A stretch of 64,000 nucleotides of DNA from Sphyrna mokarran (GCA_024679065.1 JAGIQG010000017.1:57846001-57910000); one strand, 5' to 3'. Positions 46,490 to 60,029 are shown, counted from the first letter of the stretch. Numbers and translations are program-made. Notes: generated by a model not told the origin, from the sequence alone.

Positions 46490-49400
46490 GTTTAGAGAAG
46501 AACAGAGAGAGGGAACGTTTGAACTCGTGGCTGCAGTGATGGTGCAGGAGGGAGGAATTGTTCAATTCCTGAACAATTGGGACTCATTCTGGGATAGGTG
46601 GGACCTCTACAAGAGAGATGGTCTACACCTGAACCAGAGGGGAACTAACATCTTGGGGGGAAAATTTGCAAAGGCTATGCAGGGGGCTTTAAACTGATTC
46701 AGAGGGGGGGTGGGATCCTGAGTAGTTGGGGTGCTAAGAGGGATGAGAATAGGGGGGTCATAGAGGAGAACTGTAAAACACAGCAGCATACGGGTGGAGT
46801 AGGGCATGGTTTGAAATGCGTATACTTTAATGCAAGGAGTATTCGCAATAAGGTGGAGGAACTTGCAGCTTGGACCAGTACCTGGAACTTCGATGTTGTG
46901 GCCATTTCAGAGACTTGGGTAGAGCAGGGGCAGGAATGGATGTTGCAGGGTCCGGGGTTCAAATGCTTTAATCGGAGTAGAGAAGGAGGTAGAAGTGGGG
47001 GAGGAGTGGCATTATTAGGCAAAGACTGTATCACAGTGACGGAAAAGAAATTTGATGAGGGCTTGTCTGTTGAGGTAGTATGGGCTGAGATTAGAAGTAG
47101 GAGAGGAGAGGTCACCCTGTTGGGAGTCTTTTATAGACCTCCTAAAAGTTCCAGAGAGGTAGAGGAAAGGATTGCAAAGTCGATCCTGGACAGGAGTGAA
47201 AATAATAGGGTAATTGAAATGGGGGACTTTAACTTTACTAACATTGATTGGAATAGCTATAGCTCTAGCTCGTTAGAGGGGTCAGTTTTCGTACAAAGTG
47301 TGCAGGAAGGTTTTTTGACTCAGTATGTAGATAGGCCAACTAGAGGTGAGGCTACATTGGATTTGGTGCTGGGCAATGAGCCAGACCAGGTGTTAGGCTT
47401 GGAAGTTAGTGAACATTTTGGTGATAGTGACCACAATTTGGTTACGTTCACCTTAGTGATGGATAGGGATAGGCATGAAGCTGGGGGCAGTAGTGATAGC
47501 TGGGGGAAGGGTAATTATGTGGCCATAAGGAGAGAATTAGGGTGCGTAGGTTGGACTAGGAAACTACAGGGACTGGGAAGATCTGAAATGTGGAAGTTAT
47601 TCAAGGAGCAGCTGCTGCGAGTCCTTGATAAGCATGTCCCTGTCAGGCAAGGAGGAAATGGTCGAGTAAGAGAACCTTGGTGTACGAAAAAAGTTAATTC
47701 GCTGGTTAAAAGGAAAAAGGAGGCCTATGTCAGGATAAGGCTTGAAGGCTCGATTAGTGCAATGGATAGCTATAGATTAGCCAGGAGGGAGCTAAAGAGT
47801 GAGTTGAGGACACGAGAAGAGTTTGGCTGATAGGATTAAGGAGAATCCTAAAGCTTTCTTTAGATATGTTAAGAATAGAAGATTGGTTAGGACAAGATCA
47901 GGGCCAGTCATAGACAGCAGTGGGAAGTTGTGCGTGGAGCCTGAGGAGATTGGAGAGGCACTGAACAAATATTTCTCTTCGGTATTCACGCTGGGAGATG
48001 TAAATGTAGTTGTGGAGAGCACTGAGGTACAGCGTTGCGAACTGGAAAGTATTGAAGTAGATAGGGAAGATGTGCTAGATATTCTTGAGGGTTTGAAGTT
48101 ACATAAGTCCCCTGGGCCGGACGGGATTTACCCTAGGATTCTCTGGGAGGCAAGAGAGGCGATTGCAGAGCCTCTGGCTCTGATCTTCAGGTCGTCGTTG
48201 GTTACGGGTATAGTTCCTGAAGACTGGAGGATAGCGAATGTGGTTCCATTGTTCAAGGAGGGGAAGAGAGACTTTCCGGGTTATTATAGGCCATTGCGTC
48301 TTACTTCTGTTGTGGGCAAAGTATTGGAGAGAACTATTAGGGATAGGATTTATAGTTATTTAGAGAGAAATGAATTGTTTGGGGATAGTCAGCATGGTTT
48401 TGTGAAGGGTAGGTCGTTCCTTACTAACCTTATTGAGTTTTTTGAAAAAGTGACCAAAGAGGTGATGGGGGTAAGGCGGTTGATGTGGTATATATGGACT
48501 TTAGTAAGGCGTTCGATAAGGTGTCCCATGGAAGGCTTCTGCAGAAAATGCAGACGTATGGGATAGAGGGTGATTTAGCTAATTGGATTAGGAATTGGCT
48601 AGCAGATAGAAGACAGAGGGTGGTGGTTGATGGGAGATATTCATAGTGGAGTTCGGTGACAAGTGGTGTACCTCAGGGGTCTGTTTTGGGGCCCCTGCTG
48701 TTTGTAAGTTTTATAAATGATCTGGATGAGGGTATTGAAGGATGGATTAGTAAATTTGCAGATGACACTAAAGTCGGTGGAGTGGTAGATAGTGAAGAGG
48801 GGTGTATAGTTTGCAGAGGGACTTGGACAAGTTGCAGAGCTGGGCCGAGAGGTGGCAAATGGAGTTTAATGTGGAAAAGTGTGAGGTAATGCACTTTGGC
48901 AGGAAAAATAAATGTGTAGAGTATAGGGCTAATGGTAGGATTCTTAATAGTGTTGATGAACAGAGGGATCTTGGTGTATATGTGCATAGATCCCTGAAAG
49001 TAGGCAGTCAATTCGAGAAGGTTGTTAAGAAGGCATATGGAGTCTTAGCTTTTATTGGTAGGGGGATTGAATTTCGGAGCCGCAACGTCATGTTGCAACT
49101 GTACAAAACTCTAGTGCGGCCGCACTTGGAGTATTGTGTGCAGTTCTGGTCCCCGCACTATAAGAAAGATGTGGAGGCATTGGAGAGGGTAGCGAGGAGG
49201 TTTACCAGGATGTTGCCTGGTATGGAGGGCAAGTCTTACGAAGAGAGGCTGAGGGATTTGAGGTTGTTTTCGTTAGAAAGGAGGAGGCTAAGAGGGGACC
49301 TTATCGAAACATGTAAGATTATTAGTGGTTTAGATAGGGTGGACAGTGATAGCCTTTTTCCTAGGATGGAGAAAGCTCGCACGAGGGGGCACAGCTTTAA

Positions 49401-49637
49401 ATTAAGGGGTGATAGTTATCGGACGGATATCAGAGGTAGGTTCTTTACCCAATGGGTGGTTTCGGAGTGTAATGCCCTGCCTGCAGCAGTTGTAGATGTG
49501 CCAAGTTTGGTGGCGTTTAAGAGGTTAGTTGATAAGTGTATGGAAGAGAAGTTAATTGTTTAGTTTGGAGGGGCATTGCTTTTTATATTGGTCGGCGCAA
49601 CATCGAAGGCCGAAGGGCGTGTTCTGTGCTGTAATGT
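46490..49637 (+). mobile_element. Longest CR1 subfamily A copy: ORF1 3' end, full ORF2 (frameshifted), tail
   Basis: DGLHLNQRG (ORF1 end); ORF2 from LKCVYFNARSIRNK through RT to stop; tail. Confidence 0.95.
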
Positions 49638-50067
49638 TCTATGTTCTATGCTCTATGAAGGGTGGTGAAACATGATGAATGTAGAAGTGACCGTGAATCC
49701 ATGCCGAAATAGGCGTAAGAGGGTTTCTAAGAACATAGAATATTACAGCACAGAACAGGCCCTTCGGCCTTCGGCCTTCGAAGAAGGATGGAGTAAATGG
49801 GAACAAACCATGTAGGAATGAACTAAAGGAAAACTGGTGCTGAAAGATATGAACAGTTTAACAGTTTAACAATCAAATGTTGATTGTTATATCCCTAACT
49901 AAGGATAGTTAAAGATAGTCAGCAAGAGAATTATAATGAAATGAGGAGAAAGTTCTCTCACCAGAGAGTCCTTGGGATGTGGAATGTGCTGCCAGGAATG
50001 AGGTTCGAGTTCGATTCCATTGAAGGTGTCAGAAGAGAGGTGGGTACATATTTGAAAGTGATGGATG

Positions 50068-50070
<3 letters not shown>

Positions 50071-50108
<38 letters not shown>
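50071..50108. repeat. (AGAT)n microsatellite within an old CR1 3' end
   Basis: About nine perfect AGAT units. Confidence 0.95.
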
Positions 50109-50399
50109 TTGCTGCGGAGATAGGGCTGAAAGGCTTCCTTCCTTCCATGCAGTGAAATTCTATGACTTTATAACAGACAGTGAAAGAGAAAGAAAGAACA
50201 ACGGGAATGAAACAAATATATAATGCCTATCAAATAGAAAGACGCATTACATTAAAATGACAATAATTATTGAAAGAATTGAGAAAAAAACGTAGTCAAT
50301 GAAGGATTAATGAATCAATAAAAAAGAACTGAAGATAGGAAGAATAATGTAATGAAAAAAAGTGCACCGTGCATATTCAGGTTTGTTGAACATGCTCAG

Positions 50400-50690
50400 T
50401 CCTCACATTCCTGTGTAGAGATGGAGCAGGTGCAGCGGCTCAGAAACAGTTTGTACCTCGGAGGAAATGAGAGAGCAGCATCTCAGTGAGGCAGTCTGCA
50501 AAATGACAGCTCCCTGGGGACAGCTGGCGCATTCCGTTAAACCACAGTGTGAAACCTGGGCCCATAACCCACTTTAGAAACTGTGAGATGCGCCTGCCAG
50601 CTCAAAGCTCCACCGCATTCTTTGCAAGCTCAGGTCCCACGGTTTCCGGTATACTATTTTTTTTCTCTCTGTGCAGCTGCTCAATGTCTT
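50400..50690. promoter_or_regulatory. Candidate TCR-beta 3' enhancer
   Basis: E-boxes (50427, 50521, 50674), ETS cores (50406, 50461, 50530, 50643), RUNX AACCACA (50540) and ACCGCA (50612), TCF-like CTCAAAG (50601) in ~290 bp, about 4 kb 3' of TRBC. Confidence 0.5.
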
Positions 50691-52800
50691 TCTCTTCGGT
50701 ACGAGTGCTGTTCTGAGTCAATATTTTCCAGAGGTGTTTGAATGACTGACGAAGTAACAATAGATGTGAATTTTAATGTTAAATTACATTATCGCCTCGC
50801 CGTCAGCTTTGGAACTCATGCAACTGGGTTCTTTGAGAAATCTACATTTTTCCATACTGCAAGGTTAACTTAAAATCTTGATCACCTCTCCCTTCGCACA
50901 TTGATTATTTTCATTCATGTTGCTGACATTTTTGTAAGCTGTGTATTGCTGAAGAATCGGAAGCGAGTGTAACAGAGACATGGAGTTAATAAAACAGAAC
51001 AGAACAAATTCAAATGGAGGGAAAGAGTGAAAGAGACAGAAAACAAGAAAATAAATTCCAGAGAGGCTGAGAGAGAGAGTTGGGGGGGGAAGGTTAAAGT
51101 AGATGATAGAGGGACAAATGCATCGACCAAGAGGACAGGTAACAGAATGAGGGAGAAAGACAGAGAGACAAATAAACATCTAGAGTGAATGCTGTGGGCA
51201 GGAAGTGTGAAAGAGGGAGAGATAAACAGATAGGAATAGAATTTTGAAGGGCTGAGTGAAACACAAAATGTAAGGTTTAGAAATGCTAAGAAACAAGGAG
51301 AGAGAATTAAAGACGCAACAGGTGGCAAAATGAGAAGGGGTGGAGGGTGTGCCTGGAAAGATAATGGGAGAGGTAGATAGAAGAGGTAGGAAAAGAGAAA
51401 AGAATGACAGACAGAGAGAAAACAAAGAGAGTGGATGAACAGAAAGAAAGAGAAGTGATAACGGGGAGAACAGAAAGATAGAGTCATGGAGGTTTACAGT
51501 ACTGGAGCGGGTCCGTTGGCCCAGCTTGTCCATCCCTAAGCTCGTTCCAACTGCCAGCAGTTGACCCATATCCCTCAATATCCATCTTACCCATGTAACT
51601 GTCTAAACACTTCTTACTTAGCAAAATTGTACCGGCCTCTACTACTTCAGCTGGCAGCTTATTCCAGACACTCAGCATAATCACAAATCTTTCCAATGTC
51701 TGTATCCAATGGAAATTTCAGGAAGCATTGAAGTTTGCATTTTTCGCTGTCAGGAAAAAAAATACACAAGCTGGAACACATTTCTGCAGAAAAGACTGTC
51801 CAAACTGAAGGTTTTATCGAGGTGTAGAGAGAAATTTGCAAAGGGGATTGGAAGAGTAGATGAAGAAAAAAAAAAATTCTGTTTCATGGGGAGATCAGAA
51901 ATAAATCGTCTACAAGGCAATCAGTAACTAGTCCAATAGCGAATTCAAACACAGAGTGCTGTGAATGTGCATCTCATAATGGCAGAGAAACCTCTGAACA
52001 TCCCGTTACATTGCTAATGAAGAAAGGAATAGAAAGATTTGTCCATGCAGTAAAATGAAAGGGGAAAGAAGAGATTGGGTAGAACAGAACCATCGATGAA
52101 GAACAGATCAATCTTTTGCCTCTTTCCTCACTGCCATTTTTATGCATTTACATTAATTTCAGTCTCAGACCAGACCACGTTCTGTCTGCAACTTTCCAAA
52201 ACTGCTTTGGAGATTGAATTGATGTGTATGTGTATCACACAATATGATAGCAAATCTTTAAAATGTCTGTGTCCAATGAAAATGTGGTTTGATTTCAGAA
52301 AACGCTGACAGTTTGCATTGTTCGCCATTGGGAAAAAAATACACAAATAATCTAAAAAAAATTCCGGGGGCGAGATGGCTTCACATGTGCCGGGATCTCA
52401 TGTACAGGGCTATGGTGTCAAGGGGTTAAACGAAGAGATGCCTGCCTCTATCCCTCCCTCAGTAGTGTCGGGCAGAACTCTTACAGGATAAAAGAGGAAT
52501 TGTAATGGCTTGTCATTACCAATCTCCGACTCTAGATAGTTGTTCTCTGTCTGTGAGAACTTATGTGGGGATAACTTATATGTGAGAAGAGGCGCTTAGT
52601 GTCCTTTGTGTTGAATCTGGGGATGAAGTTGTCACACCAGGAGTCGACAGAAATGATTCCAGTGAAATTGCTTGTGACGGATAGTATTCATTTGGGAATA
52701 AAAGTCTCCGTAAATAGTCCAGAAACGCAAACTCAAATCACATTACCGCAGCTGGACAATTTACATTAACTGAAAATATAAGACAAAAGGAACTCGCAGC

Positions 52801-52932
52801 CACCTCTGGAAGGGACAGGTTGTCCCGAAAACTTGTGGCTTTTGCTACAAATAAACCTATTTGGACTTTAAACTGGTGTTGTGGGTTTTCTTTCTGTTTT
52901 CACCCCAGTCCAACGCCGGCATCTCCACATCA
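52801..52932 (+). mobile_element. Penelope-like remnant, degenerate hammerhead core
   Basis: GGGACA-GGT-TGTCCC-GAAA...CCCCAGTCCAACGCCGGCATCTCCACATC, same family as 9150-9272. Confidence 0.65.
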
Positions 52933-53836
52933 CAAAAGTCTACAACTAGTGATGTTGATTTTGACGCTACATTTGTAAAATCCAATCTACTGAGGTAGAA
53001 AATATGTTATATTTGGATAGTCTCGCGTCTATGATACACCATATGGCTGACACTTAATTGCTCCATGAAATTACCAATTCAATTTTATTCAAGAAGGTGG
53101 TCAATTAACACATTCTCGGATGCAATTAGGAATGGAAAAATAGTGTGGCCTATTACACCGCCCCCTTCCCTCTGCAATTAAATGGAAAAAAAACACGCCC
53201 CCCTCAGACATATTAGTCCAATATTTGGCAGGCGTTCAGATTTCTCACAAAAAGAAAACAAGCTCTTCAACCCAATTAAGGCTGTTACATAAAATTGACA
53301 GGAAGGTATTCAGCCAAGAGGATGTTTGCATTGAAAGCAGAGATCCTCAAGTCGGTAACAGGTGAAGGTAAATTATTGGTGCATGATAAATAGGAACAGG
53401 ATATTTTAATTATCTCCCTGGTATCTGTTCCAGTTTTTGCATCTCAGGCACGTTTCGCCAGATGCACTTGATATCCCTTGACATGGAAAACACGTATAAA
53501 AATGCCATCTACACATTGCTGTTTAGAAAGAGCTAAGCGAGGGAGAATACTAAAATAATTGCGAGAATTTTTTAATGGAAATATGATTTTTATTTTTAAA
53601 CAGTGTACAAGTAGGACAGATATATAAAGAACTATCAGAGCCCTATAAATACAAGACATAATAAGGACCCTATAACAAATAATAGACAACTGTAGTCTCA
53701 GTCTCCGTCTACAATCTATGAGAAGAATTCTAAAACGGACATTCACAGCTATGTATTAGTAGATAAGAACAAAATATGCCATCAGTGCACTAACAAATTG
53801 TCCCTATATTGGTCCCTATATGGGAATCTTCAACAA

Positions 53837-53955
53837 TAGGCATAGCCTAAAGACAAGGATATGTCATTAGGACGTTAGGACGGCGGCGTGGGCTCTTTGG
53901 GCCGAAAGGCCTGTTTCCCGTGCTGTGTTGCTCTTTGTTCTTAGTTCTTTGTTCT
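53837..53955 (+). mobile_element. ~115-bp CR1-tail-type short element (copy 2)
   Basis: Same 5' end (TAGGCATAGCCTAAAGACAAGG) as copy 1. Confidence 0.75.
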
Positions 53956-54468
53956 AAACATGATTTCAGTTACAATGTGCTTAATAATATACATAGCTTT
54001 ATTGGATTGGCAGAAAATTTCAGTTTCAGGAGGAAGGTTGAGAAGCAGAATTGACTAAATTGGGATCAATTGGAAGAAATGGCTGATCTTTTCCAAAGAG
54101 CAAACATTGCAGGAGGGATTGGATGGTCTCCCTTGTTAGATTCGACGATTTTTTTTTTACAAAAATTGCAGTAACACAGACTAACAAATAATCTGGAAAG
54201 AGGTTGCGAAAGCCTAACCTATTCAGACACAGGAACAATTAAAGAAAAAAAATGTCCAGATTGTAAAAGAAGTTATTTCAACCGAAAAGTTAGAACAGAA
54301 TATCTATTTATCCATTAATCTCAGGCAGGAATGGCGCACTGATTTTGTATCAGTGTGGCGAGAGTCGATCCCACAAAATTGATTTCCAAGGTATTCGTAA
54401 TGTTTATATTTTCTCTCATCTCTCTCTCTGGTGTGTTGTATCATTTACTAATTCAATGCGTGTCAGCC

Positions 54469-54495
54469 TCAGTCAAACCTTTTGCTATAAAACAT
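54469..54495 (-). CDS. TRBC: TRBC exon 4 (cytoplasmic tail)
   Basis: TTTTACTAG|ATG TTT TAT AGC AAA AGG TTT GAC TGA = MFYSKRFD*. Confidence 0.88.
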   Translation of the reverse strand: MFYSKRFD

Positions 54496-57400
54496 CTAGT
54501 AAAACAAACAAACAAACAAAAACAGTCAGCCTTACCACAATTTTAAATCAGAATCGTACAGCCCAAAAGGGGGCCAATCTGAAAATTCATTGGCATTTCA
54601 AAAGGAGTTGACAATTCATACCAATTGCCTGCTGTCTGGTCCCGCTCCCCACAAGTGTAAACGTAACAACATTTTTAAAAGTTAGTATTGAATGTATTTC
54701 TACCTGTTTCTGGCAGTGCTTTCCAGATAGTGACAACTCTCTGCATGAAAGTATTTCCACATCTTTCCCATCTTCCCCCTTTCCTTACTTGATCCATTAT
54801 TTTATATCGGCGTCCTTTTATTCCTGACTACATTTTTTCTTTTCCTTACTTACACATGGGTCTCAGCCACTTGCACTTATGTTACATTCAACACTTTCTG
54901 CACTTCTAACATCATTCTTTCCCACTCCTGTCAGAGTCATGATAGAATTCTGCTTTATCCCTGGCACGGCACTCAAAGGGTTTTCTCCACCCAACTTCAA
55001 CAGAATACCACCCACCAAACACATTACCTTCTAACTTCCCTGTTAGCATTCGTGATCCTTTCTCTCCTTAATCCACAAGGATGATCCAAACGCGATTGTT
55101 CGCTATTTCAATTCACACCTTCTTCTCATGCTCAGATTTCTGCCCCTGTTGCAATGTTCCAACAGCTCAAGTTGGAAAAAATCATCTTCTAATTCGCAAC
55201 ACAACACTGAATTTAACAACCTTGGGTCATAATCTAAGTCCTCCATTTTGCACTGCTGTCAGCCTGAATGTTTAACTGATATTTTGCTTTTAAGTCAAAT
55301 AGTCACAGTGGGATGAACTGTATTCAATTCGTGGATAATCGGAGCGAGGAAGTGTTTTTTTATTGAGTTCCATACAAGAAAGATCAGAAACTCCAGGTGC
55401 TTTAATATAGAAAGTCAATGGCTCATCAAACGTATTTTAACCACAGAACTAGTTAGAATTGCCACCGCATGGAGCGAGTGAATCGAATAGCATAAATAAT
55501 TTAATGGCAGAAGACAGATATGCAAATAGACGGTCAGGGAATCAGAGGGTCACTGTGAAGAGGTTAGTTATAGTGGGATGGGACAACTGTGGTGTTTAAA
55601 CAGAGGTATGCACCTTAGGATCCATGAATCTATTTGAGTCGATGAGGTAATTCATATGCTCTTATTTTCCACATTTTTTTCATGAAAGCATACATGAGTT
55701 TCTCCACCAAGGCCATGCAAAATGCAACAGTTGGGATGAAAGATGGGTTGGACTTTTCTTTCCCGCTGAAGAAAATCTATAGGCTGTCATTAAATGTATG
55801 CGGGAGTACCAGCGATTGCAGGAAAACCATAACTGTTCATGGCTTGACTACAAAAAAAAAGTTTAAGTTTTAGGCTGTATATTTTGCCATACTTAGTTTA
55901 ATCTTACCTTAGTTTTCCAACCAAGTACTGAGATGAACACGCCATAAAAGATGCTTTTGCAGATAAGGATCAGGTATGTTAACTTTCCTGTTTGTCTGCT
56001 TTGCATTTTAGCCTCTGTGAAGTAAATATAAAGAACAATTTGGAATTTCTATTCTCTTCTACTGTTTGGAAATAGAACATATCTTCATTTCAGGATCCCA
56101 GTGTACGAGTTGAGCTGTAGAAATACAATATTTCACATTTATGCGTGGAGTTGATTGAGGTCCACTTCATTATATTAAGTCCACTTTTACAATATTGTAT
56201 GTTCAATTAGCAGAACTTCTATTTGTTGTACCACTATCCCCCAAAAATGAAGCAATATATGAATTGGTAACTAAAAAGTGCATGGATCGGGAGTTTGTGC
56301 AACCAGTAAGGAGCTTTCCCCTTCTGAATAGTAATTATGCAATCAATCCCTACTCCAGATCCCTATAAGTGGTGTTGGACAATCATTCTTTCATATGAGA
56401 TGTTAAACTAATAATATGCCTGCCCCTTCCAGAGAATGTAAGTTATCCAGTACAGTGTTTTCCACTGTTCTCTGGGCCTCAACTTATTCCTTAACCAATG
56501 TCACAAAAAGAAGATGATTTCGTCATATATTTCTTGCCATTTGGGGTGAAACCAGTTTCTGTGATCATCAAAATATTGCTGTGACTAAACCTTCAATGGA
56601 TTTCATTGACTACTATGAACTTTGAGATGTTATGTGACCCTAAAACACTTTACTTTTTAAAGGGTATAATTGTGTCTGCGTCTTCTGTGCCAAAATTGAA
56701 CTATAATCTCACAGAACGAAGTTTTGTGACACTACTGTTCCTTTAATAAGTGCATATTCATGATGTTTCTCTGCAATTCTTTTAGGAGCATCTGCCATTT
56801 TGTGTTGTTTGCTGACCTGTCTCAGTCTATGTATTTTGATTGTTGATGGAATTATATAGTAGGCTGTTTGTTTAGTTTCAATTTGGCTTAATGCACCGTC
56901 CTGGAGTTTGAATTATCAGGGCAAGAATGATTCACAGGTCAGGTCAAACAGTTCTGTTTCTTACAAGAGAACTTCATTTTCTCTTCGGCTAGCTTGTAGC
57001 TGCGAGGACTGAATATTCCGAGAAATACCTGCTGTTTGTAATTTTTATAAATGATCTGGATGAGGGTATTGAGGGATGGATCAGTAAATTTGCAGATGAC
57101 ACTAAAGTTGGTGGAGAGGTAGATAGTGAAGAGGGGTGTTATAGTTTACAGAGTGACTTGGACAAGTTGTAGAGCTGGGCCGAGAGGTGGCAAATGGAGT
57201 TTAATGTGGAAAAGTGTGAGGTAATGCACTATGGCAGAAACAATAAATGTGTAGAGTATAGGGCAAATGGTAGGACTCTTAATAGTCTAGATGAACAGAA
57301 GGATCTTGGTGTATATGTCAATAGATCCCTGAAAGTAGGCAGTCAAGTCGATAAAGTTGTTAAGAAGGCATATGGAGTCTTAGCTTTTATTGGTAGAGGG

Positions 57401-60029
57401 ATTGAATTTAGGAGCCGCAACATCATGTTGCAACTGTACAAAACTCTAGTGCGGCCGCACTTGGAGTATTGTGTGCAGTTCTGGTCGCCACATTATAAGA
57501 AAGATGTGGAGGCATTGGAGAGGGTACAGAGGAGGTTTACCAGGATGTTGCCTGGTATGGAGGCAGGTCCTATGAAGAGAGGTTGAAGGATTTGAGGTTG
57601 TTTTCGTTAGAAAGGAGGCGGCTAAGAGGGGATCTTATTGAAGCATATAGGATGATTAGAGGTTGAGATAGGGTGGACAGTGATAGCCTTTTTCCTAGGA
57701 TGGAGAAAGCTAGCACGATGGGACACAGCTTTAAATTAAGGGGTATGAGTTATAGGACGGATATCAGAGGTAGGTTCTTTACTCAAAGAGTGATTAGGGA
57801 GTGGAATGCCCTGCCTGCAGCTGTTGTAGATGCGCCAAGTTTGGTGGCGTTTAAGAGGTTTATTGATAAGTATATGGAAGAGAAGGGAATGGTTTAGTTT
57901 GGAGGGGCATTGCTTTTTATTTTGGTCGGCACAACATCGAAGGCCGAAGGGCCTGTTCTGTGCTGTAATGTTCTATGTTGTATGTTCTAAATATTTCAGT
58001 GTCTCTCTCTCTCTGGTATTGGAAGTTTAGCTCTTGGAAGCTGATTGCAAAGGATGCAAACGTGATTCAAGAATTTTTTTTCAAGAAGCAAGTGCTTCAG
58101 ATTTGGGATGTATTGCCTGGAAGTGCGTCGAAGGCAAATTCATTCGAAACATTGAAAAGGAATTTGTGTCATTATTTTGATATACATCTTGTGCAGAGGT
58201 TCAGAAAAGGGCTGGGGAATGACACTAAGTCATGATACTTATTTGGACAGCCAATGCAGACACAATGGATCGAATGGCCTCCATCTGTGACCTAACGATT
58301 CTGTGAGCTGTGATGATATGGTGCCTTTAAGAAAAAATGTTTATCTCATGCTTCTTGTCAGAGGTTGTTTGCATTTCAGATCTGTTTTGCAGGGTGCTGA
58401 TTTGTTTATGACAAGATTAAATTTCTAGCTGGGAGAACAAGATAAATATTCATTTTAGACATAGAGTGCTTATTTAAGAAGCACTAGTGTATTTCTGTAT
58501 AATTATGTTCCCATGGGTTTTCACAGAAGAGTTTAGATTAGATTGATTTGTAGGGATATATTTTTTCACCGTCTGAAGGAAACTCCCATTCCTCCCAATA
58601 TGTGGTGCCCAGATGCAGCTCGGAGAATATGGTGACTTACCTTTACTTAAACCACAGATTTCTGAAAAAAAGAGGAAAATATATGTGTTTAGCTTCTGAT
58701 ACTTTAAGGGATTTCTGTGTTATCACAGTTGTAAGCTGTTTTCAATCTGTTACCTTGCGACAGTCACTAAAATATAAGTTTTGACATTGTTCACGGGTAC
58801 ATTTGATCTGTGTGATTGTTTATTTATCTATTTATTGATCTACAGATTCGTGTATTGATCAATGAGTAGAGCACAGGAGCCATGCAAGATACAGCTTTCT
58901 TCAAAGCTAAAGTGGAATGGCAGAAATAATAAATGTGTAGAGTATAGGGCAAATGGTAGGATTCTTAGTAGTCTAGATGAACAGAGGGATCTTGGTGTGT
59001 ATGTGCATAGATCCCTGAAAGTAGGCAGTCAGGTCGAGAAGGTTGTTAGGAAGGCATATGGAGTCTTAGCTTTTATTGGTAGAGGGATTGAATTTCGGAG
59101 CCGCAACGTCACGTTGCAACTGTACAAAACTCTAGTGCGGCCGCACTTGGAGTATTGGGTGCAGTTCTGGTCCCCACATTATAAGAAAGATGTGGAGGCA
59201 TTGGAGAGGGTACAGAGGAGGTTTACCAGGATGTTGCCTGGTATGGAGGGCAGGTCTTATGAAGAGAGGCTGAGGGATTTGAGGTTGTTTCGTTAGAAAG
59301 GAGGAGGCTAAGAGGGGACCTTATCGAAACATATAAGATGATTAGAGGTTTAGATAGGGTGGACAGTGATAGCCTTTTTCCTAGGATGGGAAAAGCTAGC
59401 ACGAGGGGACACAGCTTTAAATTAAGGGGTGATAGTTATAGGACGGATATCAGAGGTAGGTTCTTTACCCAAAGGTGGTTCGGGAGTGGAATGCCCTGCC
59501 TGCGGCAGTTGTAGATGCGCCAAGTTTGGTGGCGTTTAAGAGGTTAGTTGATAAGTTAATGGAAGAGAAGGGAATGGTTTAGTTTGGAGGGGCATTGCTT
59601 TTTATATTGGTCGGCGCAACATCGAAGGCCGAAGGGCCTGTTCTGTGCTGTAATGTTCTATGTTCTATGGTATAGTAGGCCTACCAGCGTTGATGTAAAT
59701 CATGCCCATGTGGATGTATGGTGTTGATCCTTTAGCATAGTGCTTCACTTCACACTTGACCACTTTCGATTTGACCCAGTCTTTAGTCGTGAATCGAAGG
59801 CGACTGCTGATACTGAAGGACTTGTTCCCATCTACTGAGACTGAACTGAGATCGGTCTGAATGCTTGAGTCACTGGCCTTCCTTTCCTCACCATCGACAA
59901 ACCAGCTGATCTGGATATTGTCAGGGTAGAAGTCAGATACAAGACAAACCACTGTCGCGTTCTCCTTCTCTTTTATCTCTTCGGGAGAGGGTTCAAAGAT
60001 CGTAACTGTGGCATTCTTAATCTCATGTT
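54469..60029 (-). CDS. TRBC: T-cell receptor beta constant region gene, four exons, intact
   Basis: Exons 60029-59685, 58661-58641, 56014-55908 and 54495-54469 all have AG/GT, splice in frame (phases 1,1,1,0) and give C1-set Ig domain, Cys connecting peptide, Lys-containing TM and short tail. Confidence 0.93.
55908..56014 (-). CDS. TRBC: TRBC exon 3 (transmembrane)
   Basis: TCACAG| (E)[35 protein letters not shown] |GTAAGA; conserved TY...K...Y TCR-beta TM pattern. Confidence 0.93.
57028..57988 (+). mobile_element. CR1 subfamily A in TRBC intron 2
   Basis: From [11 protein letters not shown] to the tail. Confidence 0.93.
58641..58661 (-). CDS. TRBC: TRBC exon 2 (connecting peptide, interchain Cys)
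   Basis: TTTTTCAG|AA ATC TGT GGT TTA AGT AAA G|GTAAGT = (E)ICGLSK(E), 21 nt. Confidence 0.9.
58918..59668 (+). mobile_element. CR1 subfamily A in TRBC intron 1
   Basis: ORF2 C-terminus and tail ending about 15 nt from the exon 1 donor. Confidence 0.93.
59685..60029 (-). CDS. TRBC: TRBC exon 1 (Ig C1-set domain)
   Basis: CACACAG| (E)[42 protein letters not shown]...[10 protein letters not shown]....VKCEVKHY...INA |GTAGGC; the FEPSxxEI, FYPD and SSRLR motifs are diagnostic of C-beta. Confidence 0.96.

Noticed and set aside
50543-50581. CACAGTG inside the candidate enhancer as an RSS
   Set aside because: No nonamer at either spacing; it overlaps the RUNX site AACCACA.
50865-51578. Long Leu/Phe/Ser-rich minus-strand ORFs
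   Set aside because: Purine-rich low-complexity sequence read on the opposite strand.
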